A stretch of DNA of 64,000 nt from Azolla caroliniana (taxonomy: Eukaryota; Plantae; Polypodiophyta): NCBI GenBank assembly GCA_043228905.1, contig JBHGNT010000010.1:11904001-11968000 (forward strand). The letters are read 5' to 3'. The notes under the pieces were generated by a model that was not told where the DNA came from, did no database searches, and worked only from the letters and a program-made list of their open reading frames with translations. This document shows positions 32,981-45,330 of this stretch, in pieces. The first letter of the stretch is position 1, and the number at the start of each line of letters is the position of its first letter. The position numbers and the translations under genes were made by a program.

Positions 32981-35900
32981 GATGTCGCCAGAGGAATCCT
33001 CCCTTCAGAAAATACTGGTAAGCTTTCTTTTCGATTTGTAGAGCTTCCTCTTTCATCCACGAAGCATCCGCCGTCATTGTTCTCAAGAACTTGCCGATTA
33101 GTAACCACTCCCCTTCATAGTCATTCTCATTGAAAGAGTGGAGGGTTGGTGTGCCTCTGTCTTCCGCCGACAGTTGGGTTGCCTTGAAGAAGTCGAGGGC
33201 GACATCTTCATCTTCCGAAACCATGTCACTTTCATCCTCGAATCTTGCTCTTGACAGCATGTCGGCCATGGCATTGTTCTTCCCAGCAATGTGGCGCATC
33301 TCTGGATTTAAAGACATAATATAAGCAATCCACCTTAGCATAGCCAGATGTGGTGCTGCACATCCAGAGATCATCCCAAGGATTGGGAGGCAATCCGTTT
33401 CAATTGCCACTTCCGACCCGATCAGGTAGTCCTTGTCTACCTTCACTACAGATACGATACCCCAGAATTCCCGCTTGAATTGGGTGTATCCTCACTATCG
33501 TTCACTAAGGACCTTTGCTCCGAACCGGATGGCGTACTGCGCACTATATTCTCCTTCTTGGTTGATGACCCATCCAATTCCCATTGGGCTCATATCTATC
33601 GTGACGTAGATGGCCATCCCTTCTTTGTAGACAACTTTCCTTAAAGTTGGTGCTGCCACCAACAATCCTTTTAAGCTCTTCATTGCCTCAGTGTGCAATG
33701 GTTCCCGTTTGAATTTTCTCCCTTTCTTTAGTAAGCTATACAAGGGTTCAACCACATGAGCATAGTGCGGAATCCAAATGTGGTAGAACGCACATGCTCC
33801 TAAGAATCTTCGGACCTATGTCTGCGTTCCACATTCTTCTCGCATCTCTTGAATAACATTCACCTTCTTAGGAGAGGGTATCCATCCGTATGTTCCACAA
33901 AGATGTCCACTACTAGGATCTCGCGTTGGCCAAATGCCGATTTTTCTCCAGAGAATGTGAGCCCTGCACCTTCTAGTCCTTTTAGCACTTTTTCACAGTC
34001 TTCAATATGGTTTGAAACAAATCTTCGACATCCATCTTGACCTAAAGACTCGTCCTTCTCTGATTCAGGGCACCCTTTTATAGGGATATCATCAAGGAAA
34101 GACATCATAATATCTGGGACGTAGTCTCTTAGTACTTTGTTCATGGCATTCATCATATGGGCCACTGAGTTAGTTGCTCCTTGCGGTAATGTACATATCC
34201 TTACTAACCCAATGGGAGTCCGCATTGTTGTGATGTCTCGACTATCCAAAGACAATTGAAATTGGTCTTATCCAGAATACAAGTCTCCAATTGAGTAAAT
34301 CGACCTTCCTGCAAAAGCTTCGGCAAACTCATCAACACTAGGTCCAATCTCAGGATTACGAATGGTGACCTTGTTTAGCGGTTGCAGATCTTGGATAAAT
34401 CGAAGTGCTCCATTCTTCTTCGGCACCGTGAACCACCTATTTGAATAAGGTGCATTAGGTGGCTCAAGGATTCCCATTCTAATATTTTCCTTTAATAGCT
34501 CTAGCAATCTTGGAATGTGAACTTTTGGAAAGGGAATTGACTTCAAGTTCCCTGGCACATGGGGTATTGTGAAGATAACCATTGGTTTCACAAGCATTGG
34601 GTCAACAAATCCAATCTCTTGTGGGGAAAAGGCAAACGCTTTCCCATGTTGCTCCAACATTTCCCAAAACTTGGACTCTTCTTTGTGCCGCAAAAGCTCA
34701 CCCCCACTAACTTTGAGCTTCCTCCAAGTTTCTTCAGTGACGACATGTCCTACTCCTTTTGGGTCTCTAAGGCACGGATCTCGTGCTACCTTCTTTATTC
34801 GTTGCCAACTGTCCTCAAGCAAGGGAGCAACCACAGGTTTGACCTTCTTATCCATTGTCTTATATTTAGTATTAACTTCGACTTCATCTGTCGCAATACC
34901 TTTCTCGTATTTGTCGATGGTAGTGTATAAAGCAACAGAGTTGATCGGAATCACTCTGTTGAATTGCAGTTTCGATTTGATGTCTTTCTCCATTTCCCCA
35001 AGAGTATCATCAAATGATATTATTTCCATGTACCCGTTTATTGCCTCTTCCTCGTTGATAATCCTGATTTCTCTAAGTTGTTTCTCTAGGATTTCTTTTT
35101 AATATCTCCTCCGTTAATGTTTCTAAATTTGCACATCCCATTTTCAGAAAACAAGACTTCCTTTTCATTAATGTGGTGACAACTTTTATTACACTGAATT
35201 GGGGACATAGTTAGATGTCCCAGACTATTGTTGTCCATCTCCCTAATAGCCCGAATTAAAAATCCTCCCTAGACTTTTTCCCTAAGCTATGCCTATTTCT
35301 TTCATGGTTCGTTCACACGGTGAGGAATCGAACCGAGCTTGTCCCATCCTGACTTCATATCCGCACATATGCCGAACCATTATCAAGTACTTTTGTCTCC
35401 ATCCAGGATGCTATAATGTAAGGCTCGCCAAGGATGACAGGATGTGACCCCGACTCCTGCACAAAGAATTGTTGATCATGCTCGACGTCGCCAATAGTTG
35501 CCTTAACGTTAGGGCAGGCACCATGAAGCTCTTTGGTTGCCCTTGTTGCCGCTCGAATCTTCCACCCATGCCTAGTATTAATGGGTCAACGACCTTTCTG
35601 ATAGAATTCAACAGACATGAGGTTGATCTCCAAGCCATGATCAATTAGCGCCACCACCGGATCTTTCAAGTCTCCCATCTACACCAGTGTCTCGGTAGTG
35701 GCCCTAGCCGAATGTGGCCTCACGAAATGGCTATCCACAAATTCTTGTACAATTTCAAGACCTTCCGTTGTAATAGCGCTCATCGAGACATTTGCCGATA
35801 TGGCTCCTTCTTCAGTTGTCATCAGTCTCTTCCTTTTTATTAAGTCAATGATGACATCAGGGAAATTCTTTCTTTGCAATTCCCATGATCTCCCATTGTG

Positions 35901-37421
35901 TGAACTCGATTCGGCTATCCAGGATCCTTTCTTGCATCACATGCTTAAGGTTGGTGGATTGCTCTATCTCCGAGTGTAGTTTGAACGTTGGTCTGATTCT
36001 TTCCTTCCCTTTTTCGGTTATCGTTAAGGGCGGTGACTATTCCTCCCTTCTTCAAACAACTTCTCTTGTGTCATGTTTCTTAGAAGAGACTGATTGGTTG
36101 TCTGGTCTTTTTCATTTCTCTTCAACTAGGACGCCGTAGTTTTGACACATGGCCTCCACAAAGCTAGACTTCTCCTCCATAGGGTCATCTCATCCCGTCA
36201 TTGCTTGGACACTTTGTTCTACTTTAAATGCCTCTTTCATGTAGAGCTTCCCTTTCCCAAGTTGGTTCAATATGATCGGCCAAAATTCTCCTACTTGAGA
36301 CTCTTGAACTCTCGTCTCATGTCCAACTTGAATTCCGGCGGATGAGGAATAGTAACAGTATTCACTTTGTTTTCTTCCAATTCATCCATCAACTTCTTCA
36401 TACCTCCTCTACCAAAGTTGGTGTTGAGAGGACGTTGCAACACCGAGGAGTGAATCTGATTGTTGGAGAGATAAATGATATCTTGTTGGAGGGCATTTTG
36501 GAATTCAGTTCAATCTCTCCGTTGGTGTTCCAAAGAGTCACACCAAATACACTTGCGGGGAAAGTCCAAGCGACGACCCAGAGAACTTTGAGTTTCGTCC
36601 TTTATAATTTGATAAATTCTCATCTCTCGAAGCATGTCTGCAAGTTCATCCATTATGGCTCCACCTGTGGGCTGAGCCACTTCGTCATCCCTCGGTCTTT
36701 GGGCTTGTGGTTCTTGTCTTGCGTTATGAGTTTGTTGGCCAATTTGATCTGCATCACTCGATCTTGTCTCGTTATCCCATTGTTGACACTTATCAAAACG
36801 TCCTCATGCTCTCTTCAGTGCTGCCCAATTAGAAATGAGGCCTTCATCATTTTCTAGTAGTAGTTCAAGATCTCTTCGATCTTTCACATCTACTGATTTG
36901 ATAAATAGGAGCACCTTGCTGGAATCGAGAATTGTTTGGTCAAGTGCAGGCAGGCAATCAAATCTTTGCTCGAATTCGTGGAGCATCACACTAGCATTCA
37001 ACTCTTTGTTAGTAGAATCTACCCAGTCCATTAAATCCTTCTTCGTCATTCGAGATGAGCCACCAAACCCATATTCTTCAAGTAAACTTTGTTCGAAAGA
37101 TGACCATTCTAGATTGGCCTCTTGTAGCTCTAGGACTCGGGAGTAAAGACTTGAAGTTACAATCCTCGAGAAGCTTGCCACTTGTCTCTCCATGGGAATA
37201 CCCTTTTTCCGCATTTCTATTTTGTAGGGTTCAAGGTACCATGGCACGTCTTTACCCTCAAAGCATCCGTTGTCGTCCAGGATCCTATTAATGGCAATGT
37301 CAAGGCCTGCAACATTGTCTCTTGCTTGAAGCATTTGGTCCATCATCCTTGCCATTCTTTGTGCTAGATTATCATTGGAGTCTCTGGCACTTGAAGTTCC
37401 AGCCATCCTCCCTTCCCGTTC

Positions 37422-37439
37422 TTCACGTCGGGTTCACCA
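37422..37439 (-). promoter_or_regulatory. PBS tRNA-Trp of element D
   Basis: Minus strand TGGTGAACCCGACGTGAA (18 nt), between the LTR end and the gag ATG. Confidence 0.9.
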
Positions 37440-37634
37440 AATCTTATGTCACAAAAATCCGCACCTATAGGTCGGTCGAACGGGACCACCGGGGTCTTTG
37501 ACCGGGGAGGATGAATCGGGTGACTTGTGCTTGTAAGGAATTGTCCATTTAGGTTTATAGTCGAGTCATTCTTTGTTGTCGAAGACGCTTGTGCGGGTTG
37601 CCTGAGAGACAAGAGAGAGACAGAGAGAGAGAGA

Positions 37635-38170
37635 GTGTTTTGATTGGAGGATTGCCTTTGGGATTAGCTCTAAAGCGTCGTGGACTTGCAACGGGTAATT
37701 GCTTTTTTTGCACTGTTCAAATGGAAGATAGTACTCATCGATTTATACAATGCTTGATTGCTTCTCAGATTTGGAGTTACATTTCTCAAATTTGGCAAGT
37801 TTTATCACGGTGTTATTTCACACCTAGATAGTGAGTGTTTGCACAATTTACATAGGTGGACCCAAAGTCAGAGATGGAGATTGTTGTTCTATTTTTGAGA
37901 TATTGGGGATTGTGTCATAATTGGAATATGCGCAACACTTTTGTATTTGATGGTAGACATGGAGTACTAATGTGGCAATTTTCTTTATTGGAGCAAGTGG
38001 AAATCCTTTCCTCGATGGAATGTTTGTCTTGCCTATTGGCAATTCAACATGTTCCATTACCCATGTAATGTAGTGTAGTTAGTGGGTGACCATACTTCAT
38101 GGTCACACCCATTGTAAGTAGTGTTTTTTACACACATTTATTAATATAATTGTGTGTTTTCACCAAAATA
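37635..38170 (+). mobile_element. 3' fragment of an L1-type LINE inside the D 5' LTR
   Basis: GLPLGLALKRRG...CFFC...EDSTHRFIQC zinc-finger motif of LINE ORF2; flanked on both sides by (GA)n. Confidence 0.65.
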
Positions 38171-38899
38171 GAGAGAGAGAGAGAGAGAGAATTTACCACG
38201 CCACAAAGATGTCGAGAAGCACGAACACACGTGCCAAATGTCACAATGTGCACGTCACACGTGCGCAGACAATCACCGGGCCTCTATCCGCAAGCCGTGA
38301 TGGAGGATTGAAAGGATCATTCAAGATAATGAAGCGGGAACGTCGGTGTCCGTACCGGAAGGACTCGATGTTTTACTAACGCAAACGAGAAAATATTGAA
38401 GATAGATAGGTAGATAGAGATGGGTGGAAATTCCAATTCTTGGTTTGAACCCTTGACTTCGAAGTTAAAAAACAAGATACACCACCAATAAGGTATTACT
38501 TTGTTGATTCAATACATCTTTTCATTCCCCCTCCTTTCTCTTTCTTTCTTTCTTTTATAGATGCCCCCCATGCATATGATGCATGTCAAGGTGTAAGCCA
38601 TGCATACAATGCATGAAATGCATGCGATGAATGATTGCCATTTGGCACTCATTGATGCATGATAACCATGTCACTCATTCAAGCTCTCATGTATGAGAAT
38701 TTACATGTCAAAAGTACAATGATGAAAATAGACCTTAAAGAAACAACTTAAACTAATGGTATGTTCAGAACCCATGTGCACATTAACGTGCTAATATACG
38801 AGTGTAACCATAACCCCTTTCATGCATGTGCACATTGCACCTTCTCGGTTTTCTCCTTTCCACGTGATTTTCACTCCGTTGCCGAAAATCTTCACAACA

Positions 38900-39420
38900 A
38901 CGAGCAAGGCGGGAAGACGACAGGAGGAGCTAGAGGCAAGGACCGTCGAACACTGACAATACGATCCAACCTCAAGTTGAGCTTGAGGGGGGGGTGTTGA
39001 GAGGACAAGTTCAACATGATCCGAATTGGCTGAATAAGCCAAGTGTTCGGAACGAAGAGCCGGATCGGTGTTCAGTAAGGAGAGTCGGACCCATGTCCAA
39101 ACCAGTAGGCCGTTGGAGGCCTACGCTCCTAGTCTACTAGGCAATTATGGTTCTAGGAATTAGTGTCATAGCTCAATACGAGCATTGAAGTACTTGTCAG
39201 TACTTTTGTCAGTTCTTTTAAAGACTTGTATAAAAAGTGCACTAAAGCACATTTGTATGTACAGAGTTCATAGAGTATTTTGAAATAGAGTTTATTGTTC
39301 TGCTCTCTCTGTCTCTCCCACATACTCTCTATGTGATTCTAGCTTGTCATTAAACCTTCATTTTACTTCTGTTGCTATCCGGTTGAGCCGGTTGAGTCTA
39401 TATGCTTCTGCAAGTTATTT
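38900..39420 (+). mobile_element. Copia 3' remnant (PPT plus LTR starting at 38995), host of element D
   Basis: AACCTCAAGTTGAGCTTGAGGGGG..TGTTGA matches the reverse complement of the copia PPT/LTR junction at 46390-46420. Right end approximate. Confidence 0.6.
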
Positions 39421-40304
39421 TTTCAATAATCAAACGTATCAAAGTGATGTGATGAGGTTTCCTCTATTTCGAATTCCAACTCAAATTTAGTCCTGACATC
39501 TTTCGCATCGCATACGTATATCATTTCATTTAGAGAATCTAACATGACATGAATATGAATATGAAAGCAAAACGAAAATAATAACAAGTAGAATCCTCTT
39601 CGCAATAATATTCACAATCGAAAATGATAGCAATATGAAAATGGTAGTTGTGGATGTGAAAATGTGTTGCCGAAATTACATTGAGAGGTGGTCGTTTTTT
39701 ATCATTGAACGTGATCATTACAAGTAGTTGTATGGAAATGTATTTTATCACGGGTTAGATATTATTGAGCTAGGTTAGTTACAATTTCCTGTATTGAGCG
39801 GGGTTAGTTACGACTTACATATTTGATCTGAGTTAGTTTAATCATAGATTATTGAGTCAGGTTAGTTATAACCCACATGCATTATTTAGGGCCACCACTC
39901 TAACAACCCAATCCCTTGCACAACCACATATTGATTACATTTCTCCTTCCAAATTGCTTTGATGCTTATTCTATGCCACCACCTTTTATGGACTATATCA
40001 CAATGCGTCTAAATGCAATACAATTTCCACTTTTACATTCATAAATAGACTAGAATTTACTTCGTCATTATCATAAATACACCAACAAAAACCTCTAACA
40101 TTACCAAAGAAATTCAATTGCATATTAAAATGTATTGAAGTGATGTGATGAGGTTTCCTCTATTTTGAATTCTGACTCAAATTTAGGCTCAACATCTTCC
40201 GCATTGCATACATATATCATTTCGTTTAGCGAATCTAACATGAAAGCAATATAAAAATGAATGTTAGGACACATCGACATAAAACACATAGTTGGCGAGG
40301 ATTG

Positions 40305-40810
40305 TGTTGGACGCCTAAGTCTGCCAAGTGGGAAAAGGCAAAAGGAAAGGAAGGCATAGGGACAGAAGCAGCTGTAGGTATAGAATGAAGTGTTTTTGAA
40401 CTCCTGTAATGGTTCATGCTCCAAGCGTAACCAACCATGACCTTGTATATAAAGGGCATGGGAAACTTGTAAAAGCTAGCGTAGTTTTTGGTAATCTCTA
40501 AAATGTGGTAGTGTTGTTCCGAATCGTTGTGTTTCTTTGTTCTCTTCGTTAGCATATTCTCTGTGTGAGATAAATCGTGTAAGCGTGTATGTGTAAAGGG
40601 TATGCATCAAGTGAAGGAGGTCGGTTGTAGCCGCCTCCCTAATTCCCTTTCCCCTAAGCTTACGCCACGCTACGTATTATGCTCACAGCCATTTGTGATA
40701 GCCGGTATACACTCTCCATTTCCTACACCCCAATCTTCTTGAGACGTACAACGAAGGACTGAGGGTAGGTTGTGTTTACCCTAGGCAGTAACACTTTTGG
40801 CATGCTTGAA
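40305..40810 (+). repeat. Orphan LTR (40305-40793) with PBS-like TGGCATGCTTG at 40798
   Basis: TGTTG...TAACA termini, TATA-like motif near 40446, end resembles the C1 LTR end, PBS identical over 11 nt to that at 45908. Confidence 0.55.
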
Positions 40811-41126
40811 CGGCGAACCCTCCCTTGAGAAGAAGTCTCTCACTCTCTGTGTTGTGTGTTGAGAGACAAAGAGCTAAAGTTTTGGCTCCATTGATCTGAA
40901 GCAAGGAAGGAAGCGCAATGGATGAGGAAGCTTACCTGATGAGAGAAAAGCATGTGTGTAGTTGTTGAAGAAAGAAGCTTTACGTAATATCCATCTCTTC
41001 TTGCTCTCTATCTCTGTCCCCGTCTCTCTCTCATGGGCAAGCTTCAAGCTTCTCCTCCTCCTAGCCATAGCTTTCTGTCGCAAAATTCTCCACAAGTTAT
41101 GTCTTGGTCGAACATATGGATCCACC

Positions 41127-41447
41127 AACGGAGGCCCCATCAAACTCGTCAAATCTGTCCTTCCCCTCGGTCGCCATCGTTTCACTGGTGTCAATACCTA
41201 TATATGTGTCTATGGAGGAGGGCATACCTCTCATATCTATGCCATCCGACAGGCCATTGCAAAGCCCTTTGTTTCCTTCTACTAGAAGTACGTAGATGAT
41301 TAGTCAAAGGGAGATCCGTGATATCCTTGGGAGGTATGATCAAACACTACTTTTGATATCCTTGGGAGGTATGATCGTTGTGAACCCAAGAACTAGAAGT
41401 TCGGTGGTAGAGGTGCTTGTACTCATTTCCAAAAGTTTTATCGTTAG
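41127..41447 (+). pseudogene. RPS16: 40S ribosomal protein S16 (uS9) decayed retrocopy fragment
   Basis: LGRHRFTGV...GGGHTSHIYAIRQAIAK...YDQTLL...EPK..KFGGRGA...FQK.YR-stop. No intron visible; contains stops and frameshifts. Confidence 0.88.
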
Positions 41448-41483
41448 GGGATGTAAGAGAGAGAAGAGATGCTTATCGACAAT

Positions 41484-41600
41484 ATGCCTGAGTATAGGGT
41501 CAACTTCCCATTCCTTGCATACGACTATCAAATCATATACATGGAACGTGTAGTCGAAGTGTTGCAACAGAAGCAGAATGCTCTGTTGGAGAGTGCCACC
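41484..41600 (+). pseudogene. N-terminal fragment of an RTEL1/FANCJ-type Fe-S helicase
   Basis: MPEYRVNFPFLAYDYQIIYMERVVEVLQQKQNALLESAT resembles the FPF.AY..Q..YM...NALLESPTG start of RTEL1-like helicases; cut off by the LINE. Confidence 0.7.
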
Positions 41601-41603
41601 ACC

Positions 41604-44480
41604 TTTTATTTTTAGTAACACTTTTATTACTAGTGGGAAACCTCAAAGTGAGGTGAAAACCCACAAAGAATTAAGAAAAATATACAAGTGTCGATTAAAC
41701 ACTAAAGAGTTTAAAAGCACTGAAACTAAAGGTTGTAAATTTGGAGTGTGATGTCTCTAAGTTCTTGACAATCAAATAGAGATTGCCTAAGGGATTTCTT
41801 AAAGAAGCTAACTTCATGCACTTGGTTTCGATCAAAGACCTTATTATTGCGGGTTGTCCAAATGGCCCAAAGTGCCCAAAATCATGTCCATTGGAGAAAA
41901 TAGGCGTTGTCAGATAGGGCACATGGAATTTGTCCAAATATCCAAAAGTGTTTACGAAACCTTCGACCAGGAAATATGTGATAAAGAGATGCACTTAGTC
42001 TTTGTACAAATGTTGTAGTGAATGAGCAAGTCCATAATAAGTGTGGGACCGTTTCCAATCGTCCACCACATCTTGCACAATGCGGTGAGGCTATTGATCT
42101 CTTTTGAAGATTCGACCCCGTCGGGAGCACACCCAATAAGCATCTCCATAGGAATAGCCATTGCTTAAGTGGAAGACCAAAGATCCATAAGCTTGCAAGC
42201 ATGTTATTCCACTAGGACTGCATTTTGTGCAGGTTCCATGCATGTTCATGAAACCATGGGATAGGTTGCAACAACATATACACTAAATGTGTTGTAATGT
42301 TATGCATTGGAATAACAATGTTCCCTTTTCGTAACATCTAATCCTGAATATTATGATCTCCATTGAGAGGTGGCACAGGTACTAAGGACACCAACTCAGT
42401 GACTTAATTCCACATAACGTGATGATGTGGCCAAGGATTATAACGATATGTCATGTCATTGAAGTGCAATAAGTGACCTTGATCATTTACCACATATGCA
42501 ATTGATTTCAACCCTTTCTTTGCTAAAAAATGAGCTTGCCTAGGGTCTTGTTCAGCTAATGAGTGAAAATATAGCACTCCAGTGTAAGCTTTCGAGGCGT
42601 AAATAGTTCCCTGATTCTGAAATCCTACCTCTCCATTTTATGTGGTGCAATACATCCTTCCAGTGCTTTAGAAGCTTTGAACTAAACGGACAACCTTTGA
42701 TGTGTCCATCAAGCTTCCCAAACACTACATCCCAATGGTTAGTTTCCCATGAGCCAAATGACTTAGTTTTCAAATGATTAAACATATCAGATAGCATTCT
42801 TGCCCAAGGCAATGTTTTTTCAGCAAATTTTGGTAATAAAGTAGCTTTTCTAGCCAACATATGCAAATGCAAATTAAGAAAATTTAGCCCGACACTCAAT
42901 CTTGGAGTGCATATCTTCTTTAGTTATAGAAGTCGTATACCTCTATGTGACTGCTTAGAGCACCAAAAGCTGCTTATGATTTTTGAGCCGTATACCTCTA
43001 TGATTATTATGGACTTGTTCATTCACTACAATTATGATTTCTAAGTTAATCTTTTGTATCATGTGTTTCGGCCAATCAATCATAATTAAGTAATATTGCA
43101 TATAAGCCATGAATATAGATTGCAGTATCCTCAATCTGACATGGAGTGGCCTTGTTGCAATATTCCAATAGCTTAACTGTTGTCTCACTTTTTGCAGAAC
43201 CCGTTCAACCTTTCTTTTCTTTGTTGCATTCTATCCCAATGGATAGCCAAGATATCTAACCATTTCATTTGGGGCTAACAACCTGACCTGGCCATAGAAT
43301 ATAATGCCAACTATATGGTGTCAAGGGTAGAAGTTTGGACTTGTTGAAGTTAACATGCAAGCCATCAACTAATCCATACAATTTGAGGGCATCCATAATC
43401 ACCCTCATATCATTTGGATTGTTTTGTGACAGGAATGATGTTTCATCCGCATATGCCTGAGCGACAAAATCATGTTCATCATTAATTTGCAAACCATGAA
43501 GTTGACCAATTGATACTAGATTTTCCATGTACAATAGTAGTGGATGAGTTGCAATTGCATACAACAATGCACTTACAGGACAACCTTGTCGTACTAATTT
43601 GGCTAAGCTCCATGAATCTGTCAAATCACCCTCAATAATGCATGAAGATGTGCTAGACCCATAAAGACAATAGATTACTTGAGACATTTTCGGACCAAAT
43701 CCTAGTTTGACCATTGTGGTTGCCACAGAATCCCATTGGACGGTGTCAAAGGCCTTTTGTCAATTTGCATGAGCAATACATCTTGTTTGGTGTATTTGGC
43801 ACACTCCATTCCAATATAAGCATTAGCAATATTATCTGTAATTTGCCTTCGGGGAATGAACATGTACCGGTTTACATGTATGCATCCCAACAAAGTGTCC
43901 TTAATACGATTAGCAATTATCTTTGCAATAAGTTTGTAGATCAATGGCATGAGAGTGATTGGTCGCCAATCCGAAAAAGATTCATACTGTTTCTTTTTGG
44001 GTATGAATTTGACCAAACCTCCTTTCCATGAGATCGGTATATCCCATTGTTGCCAAGCATTATTTGCCATAGATAGGATTAAATCCTTAAGGACATCCCA
44101 AAATTCTGCAATGAACTCTAACGTAATACCATCCCAACCAGGCGCTTTGCCTTTCCCGAGGCCCTTTCGAGCCTCCAAGAGCTCCTCCATTGCGAATGTT
44201 GCATCCAAAGCAATAGCATTATCAACACAAATAGTGGGTTGAACTAGTGAAAAGAATGTATGTCTAGCCTGTTTAACTGTATCTGTAACAACGACATTGT
44301 TACACATTCCTTGGCTAGTTCAAGTCGGTTTATAGTCTACAAACCATCACCAGTTTTAATGAATTTAATGGATTCCCTTTGGTGTATTACATGCAACCTT
44401 TTGAAGAAGGATTTAGAAGCATCCTTTGTCTTTCAATTGAATTTGTCTTGACTTAACTTGCCATTTTTCCAATTTATTTT
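41604..44480 (-). mobile_element. 5'-truncated decayed L1-clade LINE (ORF2 RT and zinc finger)
   Basis: KAPGWDG, WRPITL, VRQGCPVSALLY, AYADET, CARCGG..ETVPHLLWTC; A-rich tail at the left end. Confidence 0.9.
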
Positions 44481-44989
44481 TTTCATGTAGCATCAATGTG
44501 TGAGAGTCCCACCACCACGAAATAGATGGTAGAAGTGCAGAAGAATAGAAGGAATAGACGTATGTAGAAGGACCACAAGAGGATCATCAGTCTGATGAGC
44601 CATCCCCTCATCATCCCGCAGATCATGCTTCTACCTGTTCGGCCATTGAATCTAATTCGAAGAAGGAATCGAAGCTCTCCATAGCTCACGTAGATCCCAT
44701 CCAATCAAATCATGGATAGTTAATTACCACGTCTTCATCGTGTTCTCGACATCATCCATTATAGCCAACAACTAAAGATTCTAGGGTTAAGAAGAAGACC
44801 ATAGCTCAGACGATGAATGGGGATTCCAGGTACAAGAATGGTGGCCATGGCTATGGTGACATATATGATGTTGAAGATTTCTTCATCTAGCTTCGAAAAT
44901 AAAAAACAGATGAAAGAACGAGACTCTGTTCAAGAAGAAGGAGAATTCCGAAATAACAAAAGGTAGATTCCTGAGAAAGAGAGAAGACT

Positions 44990-45330
44990 CGGGGGGTAAC
45001 CGAGAAGAGTTATAGCGCAGCCGAGAAGATGGTCGAGACGCGCGGCAAGAAGACAGCCGAGACAATTGGCTGAGAGGACAACCAAGATGCATAGATGAGA
45101 ATATGGCCGAGACGCATGGCCAAGTGTACAACCGAGACACACGGCCGAGACACGTGGTCGAGAGCACAACCAAGACGCGCGGCTATGATGCGTGGCCAAG
45201 AGGGCGACCAAGATGCGCAACGGAGAATACAGTCGAAATGCGTGACCGAGAGGACTACCGAGACACGCGAGATGCGCGGTTGACAGGACGATTGAGAGAC
45301 GTGATCGAGAGAAGGGCTGATTGACGGTCG
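44990..45330 (+). repeat. Degenerate short tandem repeats (GGCCGAGACRCG-like)
   Basis: Recurrent CCGAGACAC/CCAAGATGC units, followed by an A/G-rich tract at ~45340-45410. Confidence 0.6.

Larger units (their letters stand above)
31131..38899 (-). mobile_element. Older Ty3/gypsy element D, distant relative of B, heavily decayed
   Basis: 3' LTR piece 31131-31206 with PPT, fragmented gag-PR-RT (FLDDIPIKG)-RH-INT, tRNA-Trp PBS, 5' LTR 37447-38899. Confidence 0.88.

Noticed and set aside
39425-40270. Duplicated ~150-bp block (~39425 and ~40125) and short TTGAG..GGTTAGTT repeats as a distinct element
   Set aside because: No termini, TSD or coding signal could be defined.
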